53,949 bases of DNA. It comes from a bacterium. GTDB taxonomy: Bacteria; Acidobacteriota; Blastocatellia; HR10. Every line of letters begins with the position of its first letter. Within the stretch, counting starts at the first letter, position 1. The stretch covers positions 1-53,949 of the forward strand of contig JBEPZV010000015.1 in NCBI GenBank assembly GCA_041640655.1, in the 5' to 3' direction. The notes under the pieces are model-generated. The model ran no database searches, was not told the origin of the DNA, and worked only from the letters and a program-made list of their open reading frames with translations. This document shows, piece by piece, positions 1 through 8,593 of the stretch. The translations under genes and the position numbers were made by a program.

Positions 1-362
1 TCTTCGTCAACCTCGTGGACTTCGACACGCTCTACGGTCACCGCAACGATGTCGAAGGCTATGCGCGCGCTCTCGAAGCCTTCGATGCGCGCTTGCCGGA
101 GATCGAAGCGCGACTGCGCCCGGACGATCTGCTGCTTCTCACTGCCGATCACGGCTGCGATCCCACGACGCCTTCGACCGACCATTCCCGCGAGTACGTT
201 CCCATTCTCGCCTACGGCCGACGGGTGCGACGCGGAGTGAATCTGGGCATTCGCCGCTCGCTCGCCGACATCGGACAGACGATCGCGGAGAATTTCGGAC
301 TTCGCCTCACGGCAGGAGAGAGCTTCCTCAGCGAGATCAGGGCCGATCCGCCCGATTCTTGA
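1..362 (+). CDS. deoB: Phosphopentomutase, C-terminal part (5' end outside the window)
   Basis: [25 protein letters not shown] and TDHSREYVP motifs typical of phosphopentomutase; adjacent to hpt. Confidence 0.9.
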   Translation, partial: FVNLVDFDTLYGHRNDVEGYARALEAFDARLPEIEARLRPDDLLLLTADHGCDPTTPSTDHSREYVPILAYGRRVRRGVNLGIRRSLADIGQTIAENFGLRLTAGESFLSEIRADPPDS

Positions 363-407
363 CGTCTTCCCGCGACATCCCCAGCCCCCCATGAGCGCGC
401 GCCAGAG

Positions 408-986
408 CTATGGGGAGCGGGGATCCTCGACCGAGACATTCTTCAACACGGCGACGAACGGCAGGTTCCGATACCGCTGCGCGTAATCCAGGCCGAAACC
501 GACGACGAAGGCGTCCGGGATATCGAACCCCTTGTACGCGATGGGCACCTCCACAAGGCGCCGCGAGGGCTTATTGAGGAGCGTGACGATGCGGAGCGAC
601 TTGACGCCGCGCGAGAGGAAATTGTTCCTGAGATAATTGAGCGTCAGCCCCGTATCGAGAATGTCCTCGACCAGCAACACATCGCGCCCGGCCAGACTCT
701 CGTCCAGGTCCTTGACGATGCGCACCTCCCCCGACGTCTTGGTCGCATCCCCGTAGCTGGAGACGGCGATGAAATCGAGCGTGACGGGCAGATCAATATG
801 GCGAATGAGCTCGGCCAAGAAGACCACGGCTCCTTTGAGCACGCACACCAGATGAGGCGTCTTCCCGGCATAATCGCGCGTGATCTCCGCCCCCAACTCG
901 GCGATCCGACGCTTCAGCGTCGCTTCGTCAATAAGCACCTCGATATCCGGATTCTGGAACTCCGAAGCTCGCCCCAGCGATGACAT
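408..986 (-). CDS. hpt: Hypoxanthine phosphoribosyltransferase
   Basis: VLKGA, PRPP-binding LLVEDILDTGLT and FVVGFGLDYAQRYRNLP motifs; start at ATG 986 (or 992) after GGGGAG. The longer track ORF overlaps the tRNA. Confidence 0.93.
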   Translation of the reverse strand: MSSLGRASEFQNPDIEVLIDEATLKRRIAELGAEITRDYAGKTPHLVCVLKGAVVFLAELIRHIDLPVTLDFIAVSSYGDATKTSGEVRIVKDLDESLAGRDVLLVEDILDTGLTLNYLRNNFLSRGVKSLRIVTLLNKPSRRLVEVPIAYKGFDIPDAFVVGFGLDYAQRYRNLPFVAVLKNVSVEDPRSP

Positions 987-1121
987 CGTCATCTCCCCCG
1001 ACCAAATAGAGGCGAAATATAGAGGTCCTCCTCCTGAGGCGTCAATCCCGTCGCGCACCCCGATCACGCGCCCCTCACCCCGTACCGGGCGCGCCTTGAA
1101 GGACGCCACGAGTTCTCGGAC

Positions 1122-1151
1122 TTGAACGTTCGGGAAACGAGGCCGTATACT
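1122..1151 (+). promoter_or_regulatory. Sigma-70-type promoter for tRNA-Ser
   Basis: TTGAAC-18 bp-TATACT ending 8 bp before the tRNA. Confidence 0.55.
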
Positions 1152-1158
1152 TCCCCAC

Positions 1159-1246
1159 GGAGGGTTGGCCGAATAGGCAAGGCACCGGTCTTGAAAACCG
1201 GCGGGTCGCACGACCCTTGTGGGTTCGAATCCCACACCCTCCGCCA
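1159..1246 (+). tRNA. tRNA-Ser (anticodon TGA)
   Basis: GGAGGGT/ACCCTCC acceptor stem, CCGGT-CTTGAAA-ACCGG anticodon arm, long variable arm, GGTTCGAATCC T-arm, G discriminator and CCA. Confidence 0.95.
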
Positions 1247-1396
1247 CATCCACTCGATCTCACGTCACGCGCACATCTCGATTCTCCCCCCACAGGGGCA
1301 CCACAACGGGCGCTTCGGACACAGGCCTGCACACCGGATGCGCCTTCTCCGACCCCCGCCGCCTCCCCCCGTCGCCCGCGAACGAGGCGAATCGTC

Positions 1397-1921
1397 TCAC
1401 TCGACCACAAGATGCGTCGTGAGCGGAATGGGGGTCGTGAGACAATAGACACCGGGGCACCGCTCGCGCGCCAGCCGCTCGATCTCCTCCAACTTCTCGC
1501 GCGGGGCATCGGCCGAGACCATGACGGTGATCTCTACCCCTTCGACGATGGGATTCGAGGAGAGGCCGAGCGTCCGGCTGAGGTCCACGCGATTTTCCGC
1601 CGCGACGACGAGCTTCTTGAGGGCGACTCCCTCCATCGCCGCCAGCGTGGCGAACGTTCCGGCAAAACACGCGGCCAGACCGTAAAGGCAATATTGAATG
1701 GGATCGGGCTTTCTCCCCCCTCCCCCCATGAACGGCGCGCCATCCGATTCGACCACATCTGCGCCCGTCGAATACTCCAGACGCGCGCGAAACTGCGGCT
1801 GCCCCTCCTGGAGCACCCACTCCCCTTCGACGCGCTTTCTCTTCTTCGCCGCTTGAGGATCGCGCTGCACCTCGGCCGCGAAGGCCATGATGGCTTCCGT
1901 GTTGACGTTATTCACCCCCAT
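1397..1921 (-). CDS. OsmC/Ohr-family protein
   Basis: GGGGRKPDP..LYGLAACF and ARERCP two-Cys pattern; RBS GGAGG. Confidence 0.8.
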   Translation of the reverse strand: MGVNNVNTEAIMAFAAEVQRDPQAAKKRKRVEGEWVLQEGQPQFRARLEYSTGADVVESDGAPFMGGGGRKPDPIQYCLYGLAACFAGTFATLAAMEGVALKKLVVAAENRVDLSRTLGLSSNPIVEGVEITVMVSADAPREKLEEIERLARERCPGVYCLTTPIPLTTHLVVE

Positions 1922-1945
1922 CGCCCTCCCTCCACAACGAAGACC

Positions 1946-2608
1946 TCAGGTCTCGGCCTCCGAAGAGGCCGACAACGCTGAGAGCACTTCCTCCACGAAG
2001 GCCGACTCCGGACGCGCTCCCTCGATGAACGTCGTCTCGTTGACGACGGTGAGGGGAACGCCCATGACCTGATACCGCGTGATGAGATACGGGAATTCGG
2101 AGACCTCCACCATATCCGCGCGAATCCATTCGCTCTCGATCGCCATCCGATGCGCCAGCCGCACCGCGGCCGGACAGTACGGTCAGGTCGGCGTGACCAG
2201 AACCTGAATGTGCACCGGCTCCTTCACCCGACGCAGCTTCTCCCGCGTCTCAGGCGAGAGCCCGGAATCCCCTCGCGAGACGGCTATGATCGCATCCACC
2301 AAACTCGCGAATTCATAGCCGGACGGAATCCCATAGAAGCGAATCCCGTAGTCACGCTCTCCCATGACGACCGTCGCCGGGATCTTATCCACCCCGAAGG
2401 CTTCGACCTGTTCGCGATCGAGCTGGAAGTTATAGACGTCCAGGTGGATCTTCTCCGAAAGCTCGGCCGTCTCGCGCAAGAGCTGCCCCGTCTCTCGACA
2501 GGTCGGACACTCCAGTTCCTGAGTGAAAAAGACGAGCCGCACGGGATGGACCAACTCGGCCAATCGCCGTTGCAGCTCCTGACGCGTGCGTTCATCCAAG
2601 AAGGCCAT
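1946..2608 (-). CDS. Protein disulfide oxidoreductase (PDO/AhpF N-terminal-like, two thioredoxin folds); predicted selenoprotein with Sec at TGA 2183-2185
   Basis: Track ORFs 2183..2656 and 1946..2164 are in frame; read-through gives VLVTPT-U-PYCPAAVRLAH (UxxC in place of CPYC). N-terminal CPTC, GIPSGYEF and C-terminal GVP motifs; SECIS-like hairpin follows the UGA. Confidence 0.9.
2147..2182 (-). promoter_or_regulatory. Bacterial SECIS-like hairpin of the PDO mRNA
   Basis: After UGA: CCGUACUGU-CCGGCCGC-GGU-GCGGCUGG; 8-bp stem with a G-led loop 17 nt from the UGA. Confidence 0.7.
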
Positions 2609-2621
2609 AGCCCCCTCCTTA

Positions 2622-3740
2622 CTACACCCCCAATTCCAAGCGGGTTCGGATGACATGCATCAATTGTTCGCGCCCGATGAGACCGATGATCCGCCCATCG
2701 CGCACGACCGGCACTTGGTTGACGTTGTAGTCGTCCATCAGGGCGAGCACCTCCACAAGCTCCATCTCCGGCGGAACGGCATGCAGCTCGGATTCTGGAA
2801 TCGCGACGGCCTCCAGAGGCGTCATCGTCCACTCCGCGCGCGGCACTCGCCGAACCTGATGCAGCGTGATCAGGCCCAGGAGCCGATCCCCTTCCACCAC
2901 GAGCGCACAGCGCCGTCCCGTTCGCAAGAGGTGCTCCTCCACAAGCTCCGCCACACTCATCCCCCGCGGCAAGACCAGACAGTCCGTGGTCATCGCATCA
3001 ACGGCACGAATCCCTCTCAGCAAGCGCCGCACGTCCAATTGAGCCACAGCGGCTTGAGCCGCACTCAGCAAGAACCACCCGATGAATCCCATCCACAGCC
3101 CGCCCACGAAATCCTTCGAGAAGGCGATCCACACTCCGGCGACGATGAAGAGATACGCGATCCCCTGACCCGCCGCCGAAGCCAAGCGCGTCCCTCGATC
3201 GTAGCTCCCCGTCACCTTCCACAAGAGCGCCCGAAGCACGCGCCCCCCATCCAGCGGGAACCCTGGGATCAAGTTGAAGGCGGCCAGGATGAAATTGATC
3301 CGCCCCAACCATTGCCCCAACACCTGAAGCGGCTCACTGAGCGACTCCACACCGCGGGAGAAGCCGTAGAACGCACCGGCCAGAAGGAAACTCACCGCCG
3401 GTCCGGCCACCGCGATCTGAAATTCATCTCGGGGATGACTCGGCTCGCGCTCGATCTGCGCCACGCCCCCGAAGACGAAGAGCGTGATCGCCCGAACTCG
3501 TATCCCTTTTCGCAAGGCGACGACGCTATGCCCCAGCTCATGAAGCAAGACCGAGAGGAAGAGCAACAAGCTCGTCAGCACGCCGACGCTATACCGCACG
3601 CCCGCCGCCCAATCCGGATACTCCGCGGTGAACTGCGCCACCAGCGACAACGTCACGAGCACGAAGACGATGAACCACGAATAATGGAGCCCCACCGGAA
3701 TGCCGAGGATACGCCCAAGTCGTAGAGTATGTGCGAACAC
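2622..3740 (-). CDS. Site-2 protease (M50) with tandem CBS domains
   Basis: HELGH zinc motif, FNLIPGFPLDGGR, several TM segments, C-terminal CBS pair. Confidence 0.9.
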   Translation of the reverse strand: MFAHTLRLGRILGIPVGLHYSWFIVFVLVTLSLVAQFTAEYPDWAAGVRYSVGVLTSLLLFLSVLLHELGHSVVALRKGIRVRAITLFVFGGVAQIEREPSHPRDEFQIAVAGPAVSFLLAGAFYGFSRGVESLSEPLQVLGQWLGRINFILAAFNLIPGFPLDGGRVLRALLWKVTGSYDRGTRLASAAGQGIAYLFIVAGVWIAFSKDFVGGLWMGFIGWFLLSAAQAAVAQLDVRRLLRGIRAVDAMTTDCLVLPRGMSVAELVEEHLLRTGRRCALVVEGDRLLGLITLHQVRRVPRAEWTMTPLEAVAIPESELHAVPPEMELVEVLALMDDYNVNQVPVVRDGRIIGLIGREQLMHVIRTRLELGV

Positions 3741-3788
3741 AACGTCTTCCTCTCAAAACGGCGACTTCTGCCGAAGGCCCGGCTCCGC

Positions 3789-5096
3789 TCAGCCGGACGG
3801 TGGACTTTTCTCCCGCTCCTCGATGGGGACGTAGTCGCGGCGTGAGGGGCCGATGTAGATTTGGCGGGGTCGGGCGATCTTCTGCTCGGGGTCCTGCAGC
3901 ATCTCGAGCCAGTGGGCGATCCAGCCCGCCGTCCGAGGGATGGCAAACAGCACCGGGAACATCTCCACCGGAAAGCCCATGGCCTGATAGATGATCCCCG
4001 AATAGAAGTCCACATTCGGATAGAGCCGCCGCGAGACGAAATACTCATCCTCCAGCGCGATCCGCTCCAACTCCAAGGCCACCTCCAGCAGGGGATTGCG
4101 CCCGGTCACCGCAAAGACCTGCTCCGCCATCTGCTTGATGATCCGCGCCCGCGGATCGTAGCTCTTGTACACCCGATGCCCAAACCCCATCAGCCGCACC
4201 TCCCCAGCCTTCACCCGCTTCAGGTACGCCCACACCCGATCCACCGACCCAATCTCCGCCAACATCCGCACCACCTGCTCGTTCGCCCCCCCATGCAACG
4301 GCCCATACAAGGCCGCCGCCCCCGCCGCAATCGCCGAATACGGATCCACCTGCGAACTCCCCACACTCCGCACCGCATGCGTCGAACAATTCTGCTCATG
4401 ATCCGCATGCAAAATGAACAACACCTCCAACGCCCGCTCCAACACCGGATCCGGCCGATACCGCAGCTCCGTCACCCGAAACATCATGTTCAAAAAATTC
4501 CCCACATACGACAGCTCATTGTCCGGATACGCATAGGGCAACCCCCGCAAATGCCGATACGCAAAGGCCGCAATCGTCGGCACCTTCGCCAACAACCGCA
4601 CCACCTGCTTCCGCCTCACCTCCGGATCGTGAATCCGCTTCGCCTCCGGATAGAACGTCGACAACGCCGCCACCGTGCTGATGAAAATCCCCATCGGATG
4701 CGCATCATGATGAAACCCATCCATGAACTTCTTGATGCTCTCATGCAAAATCGTGTGATGCCGAATCTCCCACTCCCACCGCCGCAACTCCTCCCCCGTC
4801 GGCAACTCCCCATGAATCAACAAATACGCCACCTCCAGAAAACTCCCCCGCTCCGCCAACTGCTCCACCGGATACCCCCGATACAACAACACCCCACGCT
4901 CCCCATCAATGTACGTGATCCCACTCCGACACGCCGCCGTGTTCACAAACCCCGGATCGTACACCAGCAACCCCACATCCCCCTCCCCCACCTTCACCTC
5001 CCGAAACGCCACCGCCCGCACCGCCCCCTCCCGCACCTCCACCTCATAGCTCCGCCCCGTCCGATTGTCGATGATCGTCAACGTGTCTTTCGCCAT
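3789..5096 (-). CDS. gltA: Citrate synthase
   Basis: ITYIDG..G.L.YRGY, HADHEQNCST, GPLHGGANE, GFGHRVYK and YPNVDFYSG motifs; RBS AAGGAGG before ATG 5096. Confidence 0.95.
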   Translation of the reverse strand: MAKDTLTIIDNRTGRSYEVEVREGAVRAVAFREVKVGEGDVGLLVYDPGFVNTAACRSGITYIDGERGVLLYRGYPVEQLAERGSFLEVAYLLIHGELPTGEELRRWEWEIRHHTILHESIKKFMDGFHHDAHPMGIFISTVAALSTFYPEAKRIHDPEVRRKQVVRLLAKVPTIAAFAYRHLRGLPYAYPDNELSYVGNFLNMMFRVTELRYRPDPVLERALEVLFILHADHEQNCSTHAVRSVGSSQVDPYSAIAAGAAALYGPLHGGANEQVVRMLAEIGSVDRVWAYLKRVKAGEVRLMGFGHRVYKSYDPRARIIKQMAEQVFAVTGRNPLLEVALELERIALEDEYFVSRRLYPNVDFYSGIIYQAMGFPVEMFPVLFAIPRTAGWIAHWLEMLQDPEQKIARPRQIYIGPSRRDYVPIEEREKSPPSG

Positions 5097-5170
5097 AAAA
5101 ACCTCCTTCTCCGAAACGGCCCGCGCCGTCACGCGGACGTCCGGAAGCGCTGAAACTCCACAGAGGATGA

Positions 5171-5186
5171 AGCAACTCACGTTCCT
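5171..5186 (-). promoter_or_regulatory. Sigma-54 promoter for the gltA transcription unit
   Basis: Minus strand AGGAACG-TGAG-TTGCT; GG and GC exactly 10 bp apart. Confidence 0.6.
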
Positions 5187-5213
5187 TCGCCCAAGAGGTC
5201 GCGGCCGACCGAT

Positions 5214-5437
5214 TCAGCAAAATGCCCCGAGCTCTCAAGAGAAGATGGCGCTGCATCGTGGCGGATTGAGACGGCCCTCTCCGGCTGGGGCATTTGGCCG
5301 ACCGCAGGGGGGAAAATCCCAGACTCCGGGCCGGGTCTGAGCGGAGCTTCGCCTGAAGGATCATCTCCTCTCCCCATCTCCACATCCCCTCCAGGCTGGG
5401 ATGTGGTTTTTCCCGCAGAGATGGGGAGTTTCCCGCA
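5214..5437. promoter_or_regulatory. Cluster of putative enhancer (UAS) palindromes for a sigma-54 activator
   Basis: 16-mers TCAGCAAAATGCCCCG (5214), TGGGGCATTTGGCCGA (5286), AGGGGGGAAAATCCCA (5306), TGTGGTTTTTCCCGCA (5402), TGGGGAGTTTCCCGCA (5422); two pairs 20 bp apart. Confidence 0.55.
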
Positions 5438-5508
5438 AAAGGGGCAGATGCGCGGAAGAAGTCCCCCGCTAACTCCTTGCTCCCGAAGGCCGAGATCAAA
5501 GCCTCTTG

Positions 5509-5524
5509 TGGCACAAGTCTTGCT
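5509..5524 (+). promoter_or_regulatory. Sigma-54 promoter for the HydC/B/A-like operon
   Basis: TGGCAC-AAGTC-TTGCT, near-perfect -24/-12 consensus ending 33 bp before ATG 5557. Confidence 0.85.
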
Positions 5525-5556
5525 TCCCGCAATGGTGCGGAGCCAGGGAGTGAGCC

Positions 5557-6033
5557 ATGCAAGAGATCGAGGCTATCATCGAGCGCTATGGAGCTCAGCG
5601 GCGGCATGTGATCTCCATGTTGCAAGACATCCAAGCGCAGTTTCACTATTTGCCGAAGGACGCGCTCATGGAGGTCGCCGCTCACGTGCGCATCCCGTTG
5701 ATTGATCTCTACAGCATTGCGACGTTCTATAACTGCTTCTCGCTCCTCCCCAGAGGGGAACATGTCATCAAGGTCTGTCTGGGCACGGCGTGCCATCTGA
5801 AAGGCGGGACCCGATTGGTCGAGGCCCTGGAGCGCGAGTTGGGGGTGCGCGAGGGAGAGATGACGCCGGATGGCCGATTCTCCTTCGAGACGGTTCGGTG
5901 CGTGGGGGCCTGCGCGTTGGCGCCGCTCGTTCTCATTGACGAGCGGTACTATCCGAAGATGACGCAGCGGAAGATGACGCAGGTGCTCGCCCGATTACGG
6001 CGTCCTCGGTCCGCTGCGGAGGCCGGGCGATGA
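5557..6033 (+). CDS. NuoE/HydC-like [2Fe-2S] subunit
   Basis: ATFY, VCLGTACHLKG and CVGACALAP motifs. Confidence 0.9.
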   Translation: MQEIEAIIERYGAQRRHVISMLQDIQAQFHYLPKDALMEVAAHVRIPLIDLYSIATFYNCFSLLPRGEHVIKVCLGTACHLKGGTRLVEALERELGVREGEMTPDGRFSFETVRCVGACALAPLVLIDERYYPKMTQRKMTQVLARLRRPRSAAEAGR

Positions 6034-7877
6034 AGATTCGCACGCTCGAACAACTGCGGGCGTTAGAACACGAGCTGCGCGCGGCGCGCGACCGGAAACC
6101 GTGCGTGCGCGTATGCGGAGGGACAGGATGCCGCGCGCGCGGCAGCGAAGACGTCCTCGGGCGTTTCCGCGCGGTGTTGGAGAGTGAGGGCTTAGCCGAC
6201 GCTGTGGAAGTGAAGTTCACAGGATGCCACGGATTATGCGAGCGCGGCCCTCTTGTCTCGCTCGCCCCTCAGGGGGTCTTCTACCAGGGCGTCGAGGCTG
6301 AGGATGTGCCCGCCATCGTCACGCAGACGCTCGCGCGTGGCGCGGTGATCGAGCGCTTGCTCGCTCAAGATCCGATCACGGGGAAGCGCGTCCGACAGGA
6401 GCAGGAGCTCCCCTTCTATCGGCGACAGCAGCGAATCGTCTTGCGCTTCAACGGCGTGATTGACCCGACCGACATCCGGGAATACATCGCCCTCGGAGGG
6501 TATCGTGCGCTCGGCGACGTCTTGACCCACAAGACCCCGGAGGAAGTGATCGAGATCATCGAACGCTCGGGTCTTCGAGGACGAGGGGGAGCGGGCTTCC
6601 CGACGGGGAAGAAGTGGCGGCTGGCGCGCGCGGCTCCGGGCTCGATCAAGTACGTGATCTGTAATGGGGACGAGGGCGATCCCGGAGCCTTCATGGATCG
6701 CAGCCTGCTGGAGGGGAATCCGCACAGCGTCATCGAAGGGATGATCATCGGCGCGTATGCCGTCGGCGCCACGCGCGGGATCATCTACGTGCGCGAGGAA
6801 TATCCGCTGGCCGTCCGGACACTTCAGATCGCGCTCGCGCAAGCGCGCGAATACGGATTCCTCGGCGAGGCGATCTTCGATTCCGCGTTCTCCTTCGACC
6901 TCGAGATCGTGCGAGGCGCCGGCGCCTTCGTGGCCGGGGAGGAGACGGCTTTGATCGCGGCCGTGGAGGGGAGAGTGAGCGAGCCGCGCCAGCGTCCGCC
7001 TTATCCGGTTCAGCGCGGCGTGTGGGGCCATCCGACCGTCATCAACAACGTCGAGACATGGGCCAACGTCCCGATCATTCTGGAACGAGGACCGGAATGG
7101 TTCGCCCGCCTCGGGACGGCGACGAGCAAGGGGACGAAGATCTTCTCGCTCGTGGGCAAGGTCGCCAACACGGGGCTGGTCGAGATCCCGATGGGGATGA
7201 CGTTGCGAGAACTCGTCGAGGAAATCGGCGGCGGCGCGCTTCCGCAGCGAGAGATCAAGGCCGTGCAGATTGGCGGCCCCTCGGGGGGATGCCTCCCGAA
7301 GGCCCTCTTCGATCTGCCGATTGATTACGAGAGCTTGACCGAAGCGGGCGCGATGATGGGATCGGGCGGCCTGATCGTCATGGACGATCGAACGTGCATG
7401 GTGGATGTGGCGCGATACTTCATGGACTTTCTGCGCGACGAATCCTGCGGGAAATGCCTCCCCTGCCGCGAGGGGACGCAGCGGATGTACGAGCTGCTCA
7501 CGGCGATGTGCGAGGGGCGCGCGACGGATGCCGACCTCGATGTGCTCGAAGAGCTGGCGCAGGTCGTGAAGGAGACATCACTCTGCGGTCTCGGTCAGAC
7601 GGCGCCCAATCCCGTCCTGACGACGCTGCGCTACTTCCGCTCAGAATACGAGGCGCACATTCGGCAGAAGCGCTGTCCGGCGGGCGTATGCAAGGCGCTC
7701 ATCCGCTATGTGATCAATGCCGAGCGCTGCACGGGCTGCGTGGCGTGTGTGCAACCATGTCCGCAACACGCGATCAGCGGTCAACTCAAGCAGCCGCATG
7801 TCATTGATCAGGAGCGGTGCATCAAGTGCGGCATCTGTCACGAAGTCTGTCAATTCGGAGCCGTCGAGATCGTATGA
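6030..7877 (+). CDS. NuoF/HydB-like NADH-binding flavoprotein of the electron-bifurcating (Bfu) type
   Basis: N-terminal thioredoxin-like 2Fe-2S (CGGTGC...GCHGLC), LRGRGGAGFPTG, CNGDEGDPGAFMDR, ESCGKCLPCREG, H..KRCPAGVC and a C-terminal 2x[4Fe-4S] domain. Confidence 0.92.
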   Translation: MKIRTLEQLRALEHELRAARDRKPCVRVCGGTGCRARGSEDVLGRFRAVLESEGLADAVEVKFTGCHGLCERGPLVSLAPQGVFYQGVEAEDVPAIVTQTLARGAVIERLLAQDPITGKRVRQEQELPFYRRQQRIVLRFNGVIDPTDIREYIALGGYRALGDVLTHKTPEEVIEIIERSGLRGRGGAGFPTGKKWRLARAAPGSIKYVICNGDEGDPGAFMDRSLLEGNPHSVIEGMIIGAYAVGATRGIIYVREEYPLAVRTLQIALAQAREYGFLGEAIFDSAFSFDLEIVRGAGAFVAGEETALIAAVEGRVSEPRQRPPYPVQRGVWGHPTVINNVETWANVPIILERGPEWFARLGTATSKGTKIFSLVGKVANTGLVEIPMGMTLRELVEEIGGGALPQREIKAVQIGGPSGGCLPKALFDLPIDYESLTEAGAMMGSGGLIVMDDRTCMVDVARYFMDFLRDESCGKCLPCREGTQRMYELLTAMCEGRATDADLDVLEELAQVVKETSLCGLGQTAPNPVLTTLRYFRSEYEAHIRQKRCPAGVCKALIRYVINAERCTGCVACVQPCPQHAISGQLKQPHVIDQERCIKCGICHEVCQFGAVEIV

Positions 7878-8593
7878 CGAAGCTGCGCGTCAACGGCATC
7901 GAGGTGGAGATCGAGCAGGGCGCGAGCCTGCTGGAGGCCGCTCAGCACCTGGGGATCGAGATCCCCACCCTCTGCTTCCACCCGGGATTGAGCGCCTACG
8001 GCGCGTGTCGCCTTTGCGTGGTCGAACTCGACGATGGTCGGCTCGTCTCCGCGTGCACCTATCCGGCGCAGGAGGGGCTGCGGGTGCGCACGCACTCGCC
8101 GCGCGTCATGCGCGCGCGCCGGATGCTCATCGAGCTGCTCCTCTCCATCTGCCCCAGCTCGAAGCGCCTCCAGGACCTGGCCGCTGAGCATCAGGTCGAG
8201 CGCGTGCGCTTCGCGGTTCGCGATGAGCGGTGTATCCTCTGTGGCCTCTGCGTCCGCATGTGCGCCGAGCAGATGATGGCCCATGCGATCGGGTTCGTGA
8301 ATCGCGGATACCGGCGTCGGATCACGACGCCCTTCGACCTGCGCTCGGAGGTCTGTCGCCGCTGCGGGGGCTGCCTCTACATCTGCCCGGTGTGCGAAGT
8401 GCGCTGCCAGGGAGTGGAGGCGCCGAGCGCCGTCTGTGGCTCCTGTATGACTCCGGCTCCAACGTGTCCTCCCGTGTATGAGGATCTCGCGTGCTATATG
8501 GGGGCGGCGGGCGAATGTGGGACGTGCGTGAGGAGTCCCCGAACGCCCGATTCGCATTCGCCGACAGTCGCAGGAAGGAGGGTGAGGGTATGA
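7874..8593 (+). CDS. NuoG/HydA N-terminal-like Fe-S subunit lacking any H-cluster or molybdopterin domain
   Basis: IPTLC...GACRLC..SAC 2Fe-2S motif, CILCGLCVRMC and CRRCGGCLYIC, Cys-rich tail; ATGA overlaps on both sides. Confidence 0.85.
   Translation: MTKLRVNGIEVEIEQGASLLEAAQHLGIEIPTLCFHPGLSAYGACRLCVVELDDGRLVSACTYPAQEGLRVRTHSPRVMRARRMLIELLLSICPSSKRLQDLAAEHQVERVRFAVRDERCILCGLCVRMCAEQMMAHAIGFVNRGYRRRITTPFDLRSEVCRRCGGCLYICPVCEVRCQGVEAPSAVCGSCMTPAPTCPPVYEDLACYMGAAGECGTCVRSPRTPDSHSPTVAGRRVRV

Noticed and set aside
1922..1948. PDO stop TGA is in frame with the OsmC gene (possible second Sec read-through fusion)
   Set aside because: The downstream sequence is G-rich with no SECIS-like hairpin, OsmC has its own RBS, and the position is not a Cys-equivalent site
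5200..5430. Inverted repeats (AAATGCCCC/GGGGCATTT; CTCCCCATCTC/GAGATGGGGAG) as a 6S RNA or riboswitch
   Set aside because: They lie upstream of both divergent predicted transcription starts and overlap the enhancer palindromes; no known RNA signature recognised
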